Notes: generated by a model not told the origin, from the sequence alone. Shown: positions 29,944-40,986, counted from the first letter of the stretch. The stretch is 64,000 nt of DNA from Rickettsiales bacterium (GCA_035765535.1 DASTXE010000001.1:224322-288321), one strand, 5' to 3'. Program-made: numbers and translations.

Positions 29944-30160
29944 CTCATTGGTTTATAATAACATTTTACAATCGGAATGATCTGCGCAAAAGCTGCAGAT
30001 ATTCCAAAAAAATATCTTAAATTAGTAAGTTAGTGCCATTGCTCGTGTGGGTAGTTTTTGCTACCGTTGGGGGAAATGACGCCACGCAAATCTAGCCGAT
30101 CAGGCCCATGGTCGCAATGAAAAATATTGCAATAATGTGGCGTCGTAAACAGCGCTCAGC

Positions 30161-30736
30161 CTAGCCGGCAACCATTTTCAACGTATGCAGTTGTTCAAGC
30201 GCGCGTTTTTCATCTATCAGGTCAATCACGAAGGTCGGACCTTCTGCATGGTTGAGCTGCTGAGGAGCCGCCTCGGGGATTTTGTCGCCCGGCTTGACGG
30301 CGGAGATATGGTAGTCATCTTCCTTGGGATTCTTCGTGCTTGGAACGCCGGAAGAGGCAAATAATCCGAGGACGGAGCTGTCATTGGGAACGATTTGGAT
30401 GTAATAAACCTGATCGGGCTGGACATTTTGCAGCACAAGCTGCGTGGGGGCGCTGCCGTCGCAGCGGGAAGCGGCAACAGGAAGCCTGCCTGGAGTTACA
30501 TCATACAGTGAGAAGGTGCCGCTTTTGAGCGTGCAGCCGCTTCTGGCGCCAAGCGAAAGATTGACATCCGTATCTTTCCAGAAGTGTGATGCGGGATAAT
30601 AAACGGCAATACGCGCCATACCGGGTTTCGGATGCATCATATCCGTTACGGAATCATGGACATAAGACGGCTTGTCGGAAGAACAGCCTGTAACAACCAG
30701 TAAAAGAATACCAAAGAGAACCTGTTTTATGCGCAT
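30161..30736 (-). CDS. putative lipoprotein
   Basis: Lipobox LLLVVTGCSS; 191 aa. The family is not confidently recognised (possibly DUF2846-like). Confidence 0.5.
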   Translation of the reverse strand: MRIKQVLFGILLLVVTGCSSDKPSYVHDSVTDMMHPKPGMARIAVYYPASHFWKDTDVNLSLGARSGCTLKSGTFSLYDVTPGRLPVAASRCDGSAPTQLVLQNVQPDQVYYIQIVPNDSSVLGLFASSGVPSTKNPKEDDYHISAVKPGDKIPEAAPQQLNHAEGPTFVIDLIDEKRALEQLHTLKMVAG

Positions 30737-30817
30737 TATATCCCTCGCGATTTATGCCCTGGCAGAGGCGAAGATGACATTGTAACGATGCAAATGCAGT
30801 TGTCATCCATAAAGAAC

Positions 30818-30892
<75 letters not shown>

Positions 30893-30913
30893 TTTTTCTC
30901 AAAACAGGAGGGC

Positions 30914-30941
30914 AATATAGACAGCTATCACCATTTTGCAA
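30914..30941 (-). promoter_or_regulatory. candidate sigma70 promoter for tRNA-Gly
   Basis: On the minus strand, TTGCAA-N16-TATATT lies about 21 nt upstream of the mature tRNA 5' end. Confidence 0.35.
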
Positions 30942-31040
30942 GCATTTCTTCACGATAAAATCGAACTATTTTTCAGCGTGTTTTATTTGCACGCGTAGCA
31001 CCGCCGGTATGGACCGGTCACTGCTCGATAAGGTAAAGAA

Positions 31041-31274
31041 TTATGCCGGCGCGGAGGTCTTCAGGGCAAGCGCATGCAGTGTACCGCCCATATTGCCTTT
31101 GAGGGCATTATAGACCAGCTGGTGCTGCGCCACACGCGACTTTCCGCGGAACTGCTCGGAAACGATGCTGAGCTCGTAATGATCATTGTCGCCTGCCAGA
31201 TCGACAAGCTTCATCTGCGCATCAGGGAACGCTTCCTTGATCATCGTTTCAATAGCCTGTGCCGACATCCCCAT
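31041..31274 (-). CDS. BolA family protein
   Basis: 77 aa. Pattern DDHYELSIVSEQFRGKSRVAQHQLVY...HALALKT is typical of BolA/IbaG. Confidence 0.8.
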   Translation of the reverse strand: MGMSAQAIETMIKEAFPDAQMKLVDLAGDNDHYELSIVSEQFRGKSRVAQHQLVYNALKGNMGGTLHALALKTSAPA

Positions 31275-31277
31275 GGT

Positions 31278-33506
31278 TTACGCTCCCATGTAGCTCGGAA
31301 GCCAGGACTCATTAACCTTCTTCAGGTTTGCCACGTCTTCCTCAAACTGTCCGGTAACGCAGAGCTTACTGCCCCCGGTCTTGCCTAACTGCAGAGCCGG
31401 AATTCCCTGTTTTGCAGCGACTTCCAGAACAGTCTTGGTTTGTTGCGGCTGGGTAGCGATAAGGTAGCGTCCCTGATCTTCACCGTAAGCGAACGCATAA
31501 GCGGGCAGGGAAGCGGGGAAGGTTACCGTGGCGCCGACATTGCGTGCGAAGCACATTTCAGCAAGGGCAACCAGCAGGCCGCCGTCGGAAAGGTCATGGC
31601 ATGCGCCAACCTTGCCATCCTGAATCAGGCCGCGCACGAAATCGCCATGCAGCTTTTCTTTTGCCAGATCAACCGGCGGCGGTGCACCGTCTTCGCTGCC
31701 TGCGATTTCACGTAAGTAAAGCGAACTTCCCAGATGCCCCTTGGTTTCACCGATAAGCACGATATCCAGCTCTTCAGCGGTAAAGCTGTTGCCGACGCGT
31801 TTGGTGATATCCGTGAGGATGCCTACACCGCCAATAGCCGGGGTCGGCTGCACGGCGGAGGCATTGTCACCAATGGCGGTTTCGTTATAGAGCGAAACGT
31901 TGCCGGAAACGACGGGGTATTCAAGCGCAAGACAGGCGTCGCGCATACCTTCAAGGCAGCCGACGATCTGGCCCATGATTTCCGGTTTCTGCGGATTGCC
32001 GAAATTCAGGCAGTTTGTGATCGCCAGCGGTTTCGCACCGACAGCGGTCAGGTTGCGCCACGATTCTGCCACAGCCTGCTTACCGCCTTCGGTCGGATCG
32101 GCATAGCAGTAACGCGGTGTGCAATCGGTCGTAATCGCCAGCGCTTTCTGTGTATCATGAACACGTACGACAGCAGCGTCACCACCGGGGCGCGCTACAG
32201 TATCATTCATAACCATATGGTCGTACTGTTCCCAGATCCAGCGCTTGCTGGCAAGGTCGGGGCAGCCGAGCAATTTTTTGAGGGAATCGGCAAGTGCAGG
32301 CTGATTGCCAGCCAGCTTTTCCTGCCATTTATCGCCTGTAGCAGGCTGTTTCTTTACGTACGGGCGAGAATAAACCGGCGCATCCGTGCTGATCGGGGCC
32401 ACGGGAAGGTCGGCATAGGTTTCGCCGTGCATTTTGAGCACGATATTGCCCGTATCGGTGATTTTTCCGATAACGGCGAACGACAATTCCCATTTCTCGA
32501 AAATAGCGCGCGCCATCGCTTCTTTTTCCGGCTTCAGAATCATCAGCATGCGTTCCTGCGATTCGGAAAGCATGATTTCATATGGTGTCATGCCGGATTC
32601 GCGCATCGGAACCTTATCCAGCTCCAGCTCAATACCCGTACCGCCTTTGCCTGCCATTTCCAACGAGGAGGAGGTGAGACCTGCCGCGCCCATATCCTGA
32701 ATGGCGATAATGGCGTCCGTAGCCATCAGTTCAAGGCAGGCTTCAATGAGAAGCTTCTCCGTGAACGGATCGCCCACCTGAACGGTTGGGCGTTTCTCTT
32801 CGGAATCTTCGCCGAAATCAGCCGAAGCCATCGTTGCACCATGAATGCCGTCGCGTCCGGTCTTGGAGCCGACATAGACCACCGGATTGCCGACACCTGC
32901 GGCTGCGGAATAAAATATCTTATCTGTATTGGCTACGCCCACCGTCATAGCGTTGACAAGGATATTACCGTTATAGGAGGAGTGGAATGTGCACTCGCCG
33001 CCGACTGTCGGAACGCCGACACAGTTGCCGTAACCGCCGATACCAGCCACAACGCCAGCCACCAGGTGGCGGGTTTTGGGATGATCGGGCGAGCCGAAAC
33101 GCAGCGCATTCATATTGGCCACAGGGCGTGCGCCCATCGTGAATACGTCGCGCAAGATACCACCTACGCCCGTTGCCGCGCCTTGATAAGGTTCGATATA
33201 GGAAGGATGGTTATGCGATTCCATCTTGAAGATAGCTGCCTGTCCGTCACCGATATCGATCACGCCAGCGTTTTCACCGGGACCGCAGATCACATGCGGA
33301 GCTTTCGTTGGCAGAATACCGAGCCACTTACGTGTGGTCTTATAAGAGCAATGTTCGCTCCACATAACGGAGAAAATACCCAGTTCCGTGATATTCGGCG
33401 CACGGCCAAGGATGGCGAGGATTTTCTGGTATTCGTCCGGCGTCAGCCCATGTTCGGCGACGACTTCCGGGGTGATGGAGATTTTTGCGTGGGCAGTAGC
33501 GGTCAT
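31278..33506 (-). CDS. purL: phosphoribosylformylglycinamidine synthase subunit PurL
   Basis: 742 aa. Conserved FGAM synthase II sequence throughout (SHNHPS, GGxGN motifs). Confidence 0.95.
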   Translation of the reverse strand: MTATAHAKISITPEVVAEHGLTPDEYQKILAILGRAPNITELGIFSVMWSEHCSYKTTRKWLGILPTKAPHVICGPGENAGVIDIGDGQAAIFKMESHNHPSYIEPYQGAATGVGGILRDVFTMGARPVANMNALRFGSPDHPKTRHLVAGVVAGIGGYGNCVGVPTVGGECTFHSSYNGNILVNAMTVGVANTDKIFYSAAAGVGNPVVYVGSKTGRDGIHGATMASADFGEDSEEKRPTVQVGDPFTEKLLIEACLELMATDAIIAIQDMGAAGLTSSSLEMAGKGGTGIELELDKVPMRESGMTPYEIMLSESQERMLMILKPEKEAMARAIFEKWELSFAVIGKITDTGNIVLKMHGETYADLPVAPISTDAPVYSRPYVKKQPATGDKWQEKLAGNQPALADSLKKLLGCPDLASKRWIWEQYDHMVMNDTVARPGGDAAVVRVHDTQKALAITTDCTPRYCYADPTEGGKQAVAESWRNLTAVGAKPLAITNCLNFGNPQKPEIMGQIVGCLEGMRDACLALEYPVVSGNVSLYNETAIGDNASAVQPTPAIGGVGILTDITKRVGNSFTAEELDIVLIGETKGHLGSSLYLREIAGSEDGAPPPVDLAKEKLHGDFVRGLIQDGKVGACHDLSDGGLLVALAEMCFARNVGATVTFPASLPAYAFAYGEDQGRYLIATQPQQTKTVLEVAAKQGIPALQLGKTGGSKLCVTGQFEEDVANLKKVNESWLPSYMGA

Positions 33507-33518
33507 AACAGGCTTTCT

Positions 33519-34202
33519 TTATGCAGCGGCAAGCAGGCTTTCAAACATCGCGCGGCCATCGATATTGCCGACGATTTCCTCGGAGTGGCGCTCAGGATGC
33601 GGCATCATGCCAAGGACATTCTTTTCCTTGTTGTAAACCCCGGCGATATTACCGAGCGAACCGTTCGGATTCGCTTCTGCAGTGATATTTCCGGCTTCAT
33701 CGCAATAGCGGAACGCAACCTGCTTATTGTCTTCCAGCGCTTTGATCGTGTCGGCATCGGCAAAATAATTACCGTCATGATGGGCGACCGGAACATTGAT
33801 CACCTGATTCTTGCCGTATTTGGAGGTGAAGCGGGTATCGTTCTGCTCAACGCGCAAATACACTTCACGGCAGATGAATTTAAGCTTGGCATTGCGCATC
33901 AGCGTGCCAGGCAGGAGACCGGACTCAGTCAGTATCTGGAAGCCGTTACAGATACCGAGCACGAGACCGCCGCGCTTCGCATGAGCGATCACTTCCCGCA
34001 TAATGGGGGACTGAGCCGCCATTGCGCCGCTGCGCAGGTAGTCGCCATAGGAAAAGCCGCCGGGAACGACGACCAGATCGGAAGCGGGCAGGACGGAGTC
34101 GCCATGCCACACCATTTGCGGCTTGCAACCCGTGAGCTTGAGAATGCTGAAAGCATCGCGGTCACAGTTTGAGCCGGGAAATACGATTACGGAAGATTTC
34201 AT
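33519..34202 (-). CDS. purQ: phosphoribosylformylglycinamidine synthase subunit PurQ (glutaminase)
   Basis: 227 aa. GATase1 with nucleophile context GICNGFQIL and MPHPER. Confidence 0.95.
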   Translation of the reverse strand: MKSSVIVFPGSNCDRDAFSILKLTGCKPQMVWHGDSVLPASDLVVVPGGFSYGDYLRSGAMAAQSPIMREVIAHAKRGGLVLGICNGFQILTESGLLPGTLMRNAKLKFICREVYLRVEQNDTRFTSKYGKNQVINVPVAHHDGNYFADADTIKALEDNKQVAFRYCDEAGNITAEANPNGSLGNIAGVYNKEKNVLGMMPHPERHSEEIVGNIDGRAMFESLLAAA

Positions 34203-34322
34203 ACGGCTCTCTATATCCTATATAAGCGGCCTATTATCAAGTATTTTATAAGGCGTCTTGCAAGCTTAGGCGCTTTATTTTATGGTTGCGGCCTAGTCTA
34301 TGTAAATTAAAGGATAAAAATC

Positions 34323-34781
34323 ATGACCATCGACGCCAAACTCTCCTCTTTGGGCCTTTCGCTTCCGGCTGTCAGCATGCCCGCTGCAAACTACGTTCCG
34401 TATGTGATTTCCGGAAATCAGGTTTATTTTTCCGGCACTTTGCCCATGCAGGACGGAAAACCGCAGTTTGTCGGCAAAGTCGGCAAGGAATTCACGATCG
34501 AGCAGGGCCAGGAATGCGCTCGCCTGTGCGTGCTGAATATTCTTTCCCACCTGAAAAACGCGCTGGGTGGCGATCTTGGTAAGGTTAAACGTTTGATCCG
34601 CCTTGGTGTTTTTGTGAACTCCGCTGCCGGGTTCACTGACCAGCCCAAAGTTGCCAACGGTGCTTCCGACCTGATGGTCGCCCTGTTCGGGGATAACGGG
34701 AAGCATGCGCGTTTTGCCGTAGGCGTCAGTGAGCTGCCCTTCGGTGTGGCAGTCGAAGTCGATGCTACGTTCGAGATATAA
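34323..34781 (+). CDS. RidA/YjgF family protein
   Basis: 152 aa, YjgF/chorismate-mutase-like pattern (...SGTLP...GVFVN...ARFAVGV..LP....VEVD). Confidence 0.8.
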   Translation: MTIDAKLSSLGLSLPAVSMPAANYVPYVISGNQVYFSGTLPMQDGKPQFVGKVGKEFTIEQGQECARLCVLNILSHLKNALGGDLGKVKRLIRLGVFVNSAAGFTDQPKVANGASDLMVALFGDNGKHARFAVGVSELPFGVAVEVDATFEI

Positions 34782-35556
34782 GCAGGCAGCGACTTTCTTA
34801 AATAACAATGCCGCCGTTTTACTCAACGGCGACAGCCTTAAAGTAATGCGTAATATGGGGGATGAAAGCGTAGATCTGATCTTCGCCGATCCCCCGTATT
34901 TCCTCTCCGGAGGCGGGATAACCTGCGCTTCCGGCAAAGTATCCTGCGTGAATAAAGGGGTGTGGGATAAGCCCATTTCCCTTCAGAAGCTTCATGCTTT
35001 TAACCGGCGCTGGCTCAAGGAATGCAGGCGCCTGCTGAAGCCAGAAGGCACGATTTTCATCAGCGGCACAAGCCACAATATCTATAGTATCGGTTTTGCT
35101 CTGCAGCAGCTGGGCTTCAAGATCATCAACGATATTGCATGGTTCAAGGTCAACCCGCCGCCTAACTTAAGCTGCCGCTGTTTTACGCATTCCACTGAAA
35201 CCATCCTCTGGGCAAAGAAAAGCGGGCAGGCCAAGCATGTTTTTAACTATGAAACCATGCGTGAAATGGGCGACCCTACGCCGGGGCGACAGATGCTGAG
35301 CCTGTGGCATATCACCCCGCCCAAGGCTACGGAGAAAAGATACGGCAAACACCCCACCCAGAAACCGGAAGCCTTGCTGAACCGCGTAATCCTGGCTGCC
35401 AGCCGCGAAGGCGGCGTGGTGCTGGACCCGTTTTGCGGCAGTGGAACGGCGGGCGTTTGCGCGGTAAGGAATAACAGGAAATTTATTGGTATTGACCTTA
35501 GCGCGGAATATCTGCACATTGCCCACAAGAGAATTGAAGATGCATGCGCACATTAA
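34762..35556 (+). CDS. site-specific DNA methyltransferase (beta-class; N6-adenine predicted from DPPY)
   Basis: Motif IV IFADPPY lies N-terminal to motif I LDPFCGSGT, and HPTQKPEAL is present. Start chosen at ATG 34762; the tracked ORF starts at 34729. Confidence 0.8.
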   Translation: MLRSRYKQAATFLNNNAAVLLNGDSLKVMRNMGDESVDLIFADPPYFLSGGGITCASGKVSCVNKGVWDKPISLQKLHAFNRRWLKECRRLLKPEGTIFISGTSHNIYSIGFALQQLGFKIINDIAWFKVNPPPNLSCRCFTHSTETILWAKKSGQAKHVFNYETMREMGDPTPGRQMLSLWHITPPKATEKRYGKHPTQKPEALLNRVILAASREGGVVLDPFCGSGTAGVCAVRNNRKFIGIDLSAEYLHIAHKRIEDACAH

Positions 35557-36661
35557 AAAAGCCAAACGCTTAGTAATCAAGGTCGGAACCTCCATTCTGA
35601 CCGGCGGCAAGGGAACCGTCCGGCGGGATTGGATGAAAGCCATTGCCCGGGATATTGAAGCGGCTAGAAAACGCGGTACGCAGGTTGTTGTGGTCACGTC
35701 CGGCGCGGCGGACCTTGGGCGTAAAATGCTTGGCATGACGGATAGCAAGCTGAAGCTGGAAGAAAAACAGGCCGTCGCTGCATGCGGGCAGATATTGCTG
35801 ATGCAGGCCTGGCGCGAGAGTTTGCTGGAAGTCGGAATCGACGTAGCGCAGGTGCTACTCACAATTGATGACAGCGAAAACCGCAGACGTTACCTGAATG
35901 CGCGTGGCACGCTGGAAACATTGCTGGCCAATAACATTGTGCCCGTTATCAATGAAAACGACACAGTAGCAACGGCGGAGTTAAAATTCGGTGATAACGA
36001 CAGGCTGGCGGCGCGTGTGGCACAAATGGTCAGTGCCGATTGCCTTGTATTATTCTCGGATATTGATGGCCTTTATACCGGCAATCCCCATACGGATAAA
36101 AACGCGACATTGATTCAGGAAGTGCGGGAAATCACGCCGCAGATTATCGCCATGGCGGGCGCGCCGACTTCAGGTGTAGGCTCCGGCGGCATGATCACGA
36201 AAATAGAAGCGGCTAAAATCGCCCTTTCCGCGGGCTGCCACATGGCCATTGCCGCAGGGAAAGAGCTGAATCCATTACGTAAACTGGAAGAATCTAATCA
36301 TTGCACATGGTTCATCGCATCTTCCACGCCGATCAGCGCGAGGAAAAATTGGATTGTAGGCTCCATCGCGCCCGCCGGCGTCATTATTGTCGATGACGGT
36401 GCTGCTCAGGCGCTTGGCCAGGGCAAAAGCCTGCTGCCTGCGGGTGTGAAGCAGATAGAAGGAAAGTTTGAGCGCGGGGACACAGTGCTGATCCGCAATC
36501 TGGAAAAGAAAGAACTGGGGCGTGGACTTATTGCTTACTCAAGCGAAGATGCGGTGCGCATTATAGGTCACAAAAGTCAGGAAATCGAAAAAATCCTCGG
36601 CTTCAAAGGCAGAACCGCGATCATACATCGGGACGATCTGGTGTTGGGTGGAAATCGGTAG
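35540..36661 (+). CDS. proB: glutamate 5-kinase
   Basis: Amino-acid kinase N-terminus (LVIKVGTSILT) and C-terminal PUA domain. Start moved to ATG 35540. Confidence 0.9.
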   Translation: MHAHIKKAKRLVIKVGTSILTGGKGTVRRDWMKAIARDIEAARKRGTQVVVVTSGAADLGRKMLGMTDSKLKLEEKQAVAACGQILLMQAWRESLLEVGIDVAQVLLTIDDSENRRRYLNARGTLETLLANNIVPVINENDTVATAELKFGDNDRLAARVAQMVSADCLVLFSDIDGLYTGNPHTDKNATLIQEVREITPQIIAMAGAPTSGVGSGGMITKIEAAKIALSAGCHMAIAAGKELNPLRKLEESNHCTWFIASSTPISARKNWIVGSIAPAGVIIVDDGAAQALGQGKSLLPAGVKQIEGKFERGDTVLIRNLEKKELGRGLIAYSSEDAVRIIGHKSQEIEKILGFKGRTAIIHRDDLVLGGNR

Positions 36662-36662
36662 T

Positions 36663-37151
36663 ATGAAGCGTGTCGCAGCTTCTGTGCTGGCTTGGATTAT
36701 ATTGACTCCATATTCCCATATAGCTTGTGCCGTTGAAGGCATAGAAAGAAACACCACCAATATACAAGAAGCTTCCCCTGATCTGACGGCTGATGAAGTA
36801 AATGCTATAATGCAGCAAGTGCAAAAATGCTGGGAGGTTCCAGAAGAGGCTTGGAAAATGGATCATCCCTCCGTCATATTAAAAATGGAAGTAAGCCGGA
36901 CAGGAAAAATAAGTAATATAAAACTTGTCGAAGATACTGCCCGTGCTAAGTCCAGCGCATCTTACCGAAAGTTGGTGGCTGCAGCCATACACGCTATGTC
37001 GACTTGCAGCCCCCTAAAGAAATTACCGCCTCAAAAATATGAGACATGGCATGAGATGGAAATGAACTTTGATGCAAGCACATTCGATCCTCCGCCATCT
37101 GTGATGGAAAACCATTCTGGAAGCAAAATACTGAATTTCCTGTTACGTTAA
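36663..37151 (+). CDS. hypothetical secreted protein (TolA/TonB C-terminal-like?)
   Basis: Signal-like MKRVAASVLAWIILTPYSHIACA. The family is uncertain. Confidence 0.4.
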   Translation: MKRVAASVLAWIILTPYSHIACAVEGIERNTTNIQEASPDLTADEVNAIMQQVQKCWEVPEEAWKMDHPSVILKMEVSRTGKISNIKLVEDTARAKSSASYRKLVAAAIHAMSTCSPLKKLPPQKYETWHEMEMNFDASTFDPPPSVMENHSGSKILNFLLR

Positions 37152-37180
37152 TTCAGGCAGTAAATTACTTTCTTTCCAAC

Positions 37181-37801
37181 TCAGGCGCTTTCCGCCAAAC
37201 GCGTATGGTTCAGCTTGCGGTAAAGCGTGGAACGCCCAATGCCGAGGCGGCGGGCAACTTCCGTCATCCTGCCATCGTAATGTTTAATGGCGCGGTTGAT
37301 TGCTTCCTGTTCCAGTTCCTGGATCTGACGCACATTTCCATCATCATTCAGGAGCGAAAAGCTCATCACGTCATCTGCGTTGTTATACAGCGATGGGGTG
37401 GGCTTTCCGTTCTTGGCGGAGTAGATACGGCTCAGGATCAGCACATTGCGGAACGTAATATACATGCGCTCAAGTGCCACGGGCTTGGTCAGGAAGTCCT
37501 GCGCGCCGGAATTGACCGCGATCATGGCAGATTCATAATCCGCATATTTCGTCATCGCGATCAGCGGAATATGATGGCTGGCCATTTTGACTTCGGCGAT
37601 TTTCTGGCTGAAATGAGTGATGCTGGAAATATCGAACAGGATAAGGTCTGGCCGCTCTTTCTGCGGAGAAACCAGGAAGTCGATAGCTTCGGCTTCATTG
37701 GCGCATTCCAGTACATTATAGGAAAGCTTATCCTTGATAACTGCACCTAGCATGGCGCGTTCTGTGGCATCTTCACCGATAAGAAGTATAGTTTGTGTCA
37801 T
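37181..37801 (-). CDS. response regulator with Fis-type HTH and no AAA+ domain
   Basis: Receiver domain (ILLIGED..., LILFDIS, K in MTKYAD) plus C-terminal HTH (EVARRLGIGRSTLYRKL). Start at ATG 37801. Confidence 0.75.
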   Translation of the reverse strand: MTQTILLIGEDATERAMLGAVIKDKLSYNVLECANEAEAIDFLVSPQKERPDLILFDISSITHFSQKIAEVKMASHHIPLIAMTKYADYESAMIAVNSGAQDFLTKPVALERMYITFRNVLILSRIYSAKNGKPTPSLYNNADDVMSFSLLNDDGNVRQIQELEQEAINRAIKHYDGRMTEVARRLGIGRSTLYRKLNHTRLAESA

Positions 37802-37929
37802 TACGAATCTCCCAATATTCTTAAGGTAGTAGATATACAATTAATTTACTACCACGAGGTTGACTAGTGGGCAAGAAAAAATCATGCTTCAGAATTAGAT
37901 AACAAATAATATCTAGAGCATAATTAGAA

Positions 37930-38589
37930 TCAGAATCGATATAAGGATTCTATATTGTTTTGATATTGGGCAGGGTTTCCTTTAAAAACAGCCGCGCCTG
38001 CGACAAGCACGTCCGCCCCCGCAGAAATCACCTGTTTCGCCGTTTCAGGATTAATTCCGCCATCAACCTGCAAGTCGATGGTTCTTCCCGTTGCCTCAAT
38101 CATTGAGCGAACTGTGCGGATTTTGCTCAGTTGGGAAGAAATGAAACTCTGGCCGCCAAAACCGGGATTCACAGTCATAACGAGAATAAGATCCACCATA
38201 TCCATCACATATTCAAGCGCGGATGGCGACATCGAAGGAACAATGGAAACACCGCATTTTTTACCGGTGGCTTTGATGTTCTGCAACGTCCGGTGCAGAT
38301 GGGTGCAGGCTTCCGCGTGAACGGTGATAATATCTGAGCCCGCTTCGGCAAAAGCGTTGATATATTGATCCGGATTGGAGATCATCAGATGCGTATCGAA
38401 CGGCAGGCTGCTGTATTTGCGCACAGCCTTAACGATCATCGGCCCGATAGTGAGGTTCGGCACGAAATGCCCGTCCATAACGTCGATATGGATATAATGC
38501 GCGCCAGCTTCGCTGACAGCCTTGATCTCATTGCCGAGATTGGCAAAGTCTGCGGACAGAATAGAGGGGGCGATACGAACATTCTGCAT
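37930..38589 (-). CDS. rpe: ribulose-phosphate 3-epimerase
   Basis: IAPSILSADFANLG, HIDVMDGHFVPN and VDGGI motifs. Confidence 0.95.
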   Translation of the reverse strand: MQNVRIAPSILSADFANLGNEIKAVSEAGAHYIHIDVMDGHFVPNLTIGPMIVKAVRKYSSLPFDTHLMISNPDQYINAFAEAGSDIITVHAEACTHLHRTLQNIKATGKKCGVSIVPSMSPSALEYVMDMVDLILVMTVNPGFGGQSFISSQLSKIRTVRSMIEATGRTIDLQVDGGINPETAKQVISAGADVLVAGAAVFKGNPAQYQNNIESLYRF

Positions 38590-38592
38590 AAA

Positions 38593-40083
38593 TTATACTG
38601 CTTCCGCTTTAAATGCCTTGCCGAGCTTGCTGTTGAACTGGCTGTAGAGAAGATAGACGACGATACCGGCGACGAAATAAAACCACAGCGTCACGAAAAC
38701 GGTCTTGCCGACGCCGTAAATGAGGTAACCGCACGCAAGAATGCCAAGCAGCGGTATGAACGGCATAAAGGGGGTACGGAAGCTGCGCGGCAGTTCCGGA
38801 TGCTTATAATGCAGGTACAATACACTGAAGCAGACGATGCAGAATGCAAACAGCGTGCCCATGCTGACAAGATTCCCCAGTACGCTGATAGGCGTCACGC
38901 TTGCAGCAACGCCCACAATCAGGCCTACCAGAATCGTGTTGATGTAGGGAGTCCTGAACTTGGGATGCAGTTTGCAGAAAAGCTGCGGAATCAGACCATC
39001 CTTACCCATCATATAGAAAATGCGGGTCTGGGAATAAAGCAGCACCAGCATCACAGAGCTTAAGCCCATGACCGCGCCGAGCTTGATCAGCATCGGCAAT
39101 ACACGCCAGCCGCCGAAGGTGAGCCAGGGAACATTGATGCGATCGATAGCAACGGCCATCGGGTCAGGAACATTCAATTCCTTATAAGGAACGATACCCG
39201 TAAGTACGGCGGAAACAATCATGTAAAGCAGCGTGCAAATCAACAGAGAGCCGAGAATGCCGATCGGCATGTCGCGCTGCGGATTCTTGGCTTCCTGCGC
39301 GGCCGTGGAAACGGACTCAAAACCGATATAGGCGAAGAAGATAACGCCCGCGCCTTTCAGGATGCCATCAAAACCGAATTTACCCGGCCCCGTATTCTCT
39401 GGGATGAAGGGATGCCAGTTTGCAGTATCGATATAGCAGGCGCCGATGGCGATAAAAGTAAGCACAACGAAAAGCTTCACGAACACTATGACGTTATTCA
39501 CTTTTGCGGATTCACTGACGCCGATGACCAGCAGCGAGGTAACGGCCATGATGCCGATAAGCGCGGGAAGATTGAAATGTCCCGTTGCGACCAGTGCGTC
39601 ATTCGGCCCGGAAAGGTCGAAATAAGGTTGTGAAAGCGCAGGCGGAATGACAACGCCAAAATCTTTCAAAAAGCTCACGATATAGCCTGACCAGCCAACC
39701 GCCACCGTTGCGGAGGCTAAGCCATATTCAAGAATAAGTAACCAGCCCATTGCCCAGGCGATTGTTTCGCCGAGTGTGGCATAGGCATAGGTGTAAGCGC
39801 TGCCGGAAACGGGCAAGGCGGATGCAAGTTCTGCATAGCACAGCCCTGCAAACGTGCAGGCAAGGCCGGAAAGAATAAAGGAAAGAACGATGGCCGGTCC
39901 GGCATGCTGGGCGGCGGCCTGGCCGGTAAGAACGAAAATACCTGCACCGATAATGCAGCCTATACCAAGGCTGACAAGGTTGACGGCATTAAGGGTGCGC
40001 TTGAGTTCGTGATTGGCGCTTTCTTCTTGGATCGCAGCCATCGGTTTACGAATGAAATACCGTGCAAGGCTCACTATTTTCAA
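38593..40083 (-). CDS. APC family amino acid permease
   Basis: 496 aa, 12-14 TM segments, with N-terminal GAGIFVLTG signature. Confidence 0.85.
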   Translation of the reverse strand: MKIVSLARYFIRKPMAAIQEESANHELKRTLNAVNLVSLGIGCIIGAGIFVLTGQAAAQHAGPAIVLSFILSGLACTFAGLCYAELASALPVSGSAYTYAYATLGETIAWAMGWLLILEYGLASATVAVGWSGYIVSFLKDFGVVIPPALSQPYFDLSGPNDALVATGHFNLPALIGIMAVTSLLVIGVSESAKVNNVIVFVKLFVVLTFIAIGACYIDTANWHPFIPENTGPGKFGFDGILKGAGVIFFAYIGFESVSTAAQEAKNPQRDMPIGILGSLLICTLLYMIVSAVLTGIVPYKELNVPDPMAVAIDRINVPWLTFGGWRVLPMLIKLGAVMGLSSVMLVLLYSQTRIFYMMGKDGLIPQLFCKLHPKFRTPYINTILVGLIVGVAASVTPISVLGNLVSMGTLFAFCIVCFSVLYLHYKHPELPRSFRTPFMPFIPLLGILACGYLIYGVGKTVFVTLWFYFVAGIVVYLLYSQFNSKLGKAFKAEAV

Positions 40084-40179
40084 GCTCCCTAAAAGATTAC
40101 ACCAGATACTTAACTAACGTTTAATGCACAGAAAGTACATCAATTTATGTGCTCTTTCTGTACGAAGTGCATAACAGGG

Positions 40180-40986
40180 CTAAACCCCGATCATGCCGCC
40201 GCTTTTAACCGGTTCTATTCCCGTCGCAAGTCCCGTTTTATCGTCGGTTTCCACGATAACCCCGCACACAGTTGCTTCACCGGATGCTGCAACCATACGG
40301 TTGTGTTTGCTGATCTTGCTGGTAAAGCGTTTGAGGGGAGCGGCTTTTTCCATGCCGATCACGGAATCGTAGTCACCGCACATGCCCGCATCTGTCTGGT
40401 AAGCCGTGCCTTTGCGAAATATTCTTGCGTCACTTGTGGGTACATGCGTATGACTGCCGATGACGGCGCTAACACGCCCGTCAAGATGATGGCCCAGCGC
40501 CATTTTTTCTGAATTAGCTTCGGCATGGATATCCACCAGTATGGCCGAAACATTCGCGCCAAGCGTGTATGACTTCAGTGCGTTGTCTGCACAGGCGAAC
40601 GGACAGGGGAGATGTTCGTGCATGAATACCTGGCCCTGCAGGTGTAGCACCAGCAGGCTTTGACCCTTAGCGTTCGTAGCCAGATGCATACCCGTGCCAG
40701 GAGTGCCTTCAGGGTAGTTATGCGGGCGCAGCACGCGGCTGTCCTTGGAGAGGCGGGGAATGATATCTTGCTGATCCCAGACATGGTTTCCAGTGGTGAG
40801 GACATGAGCACCGGCTTTGAAGAAGTCATCGCAGATGGCAGGGGTGAGCCCGAATCCGCCAGCGGCATTCTCGGCATTCACAACAATAAAGTCGAGGTTA
40901 TGCTTGTTGCGCGCATGGGTGATATAAAGACAGGCGGCTTCTCGTCCGCTGCGTCCCACTACATCCCCAAGAAACAAAATTTTCAT
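40180..40986 (-). CDS. YmdB-like metallophosphoesterase (TIGR00282 family)
   Basis: MKILFLGDVVGRSGR..., VNAENAAGGFG and GNHVWD motifs. Confidence 0.85.
   Translation of the reverse strand: MKILFLGDVVGRSGREAACLYITHARNKHNLDFIVVNAENAAGGFGLTPAICDDFFKAGAHVLTTGNHVWDQQDIIPRLSKDSRVLRPHNYPEGTPGTGMHLATNAKGQSLLVLHLQGQVFMHEHLPCPFACADNALKSYTLGANVSAILVDIHAEANSEKMALGHHLDGRVSAVIGSHTHVPTSDARIFRKGTAYQTDAGMCGDYDSVIGMEKAAPLKRFTSKISKHNRMVAASGEATVCGVIVETDDKTGLATGIEPVKSGGMIGV

Noticed and set aside
31734-34172. An 812-aa ORF on the plus strand, plus smaller ones, spanning the purL/purQ region.
   Set aside because: It is exactly antisense to two strongly conserved genes. It is Arg/Gly/Ala/His-rich with no recognisable motifs. 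This is a typical shadow ORF of GC-biased coding DNA.
40118-40165. An imperfect hairpin (ACAGAAAG...CTTTCTGT) between the ymdB-like gene and the permease gene.
   Set aside because: It has a bulged stem, a long loop and no T-run on the relevant minus strand, so it is not convincing as an intrinsic terminator.
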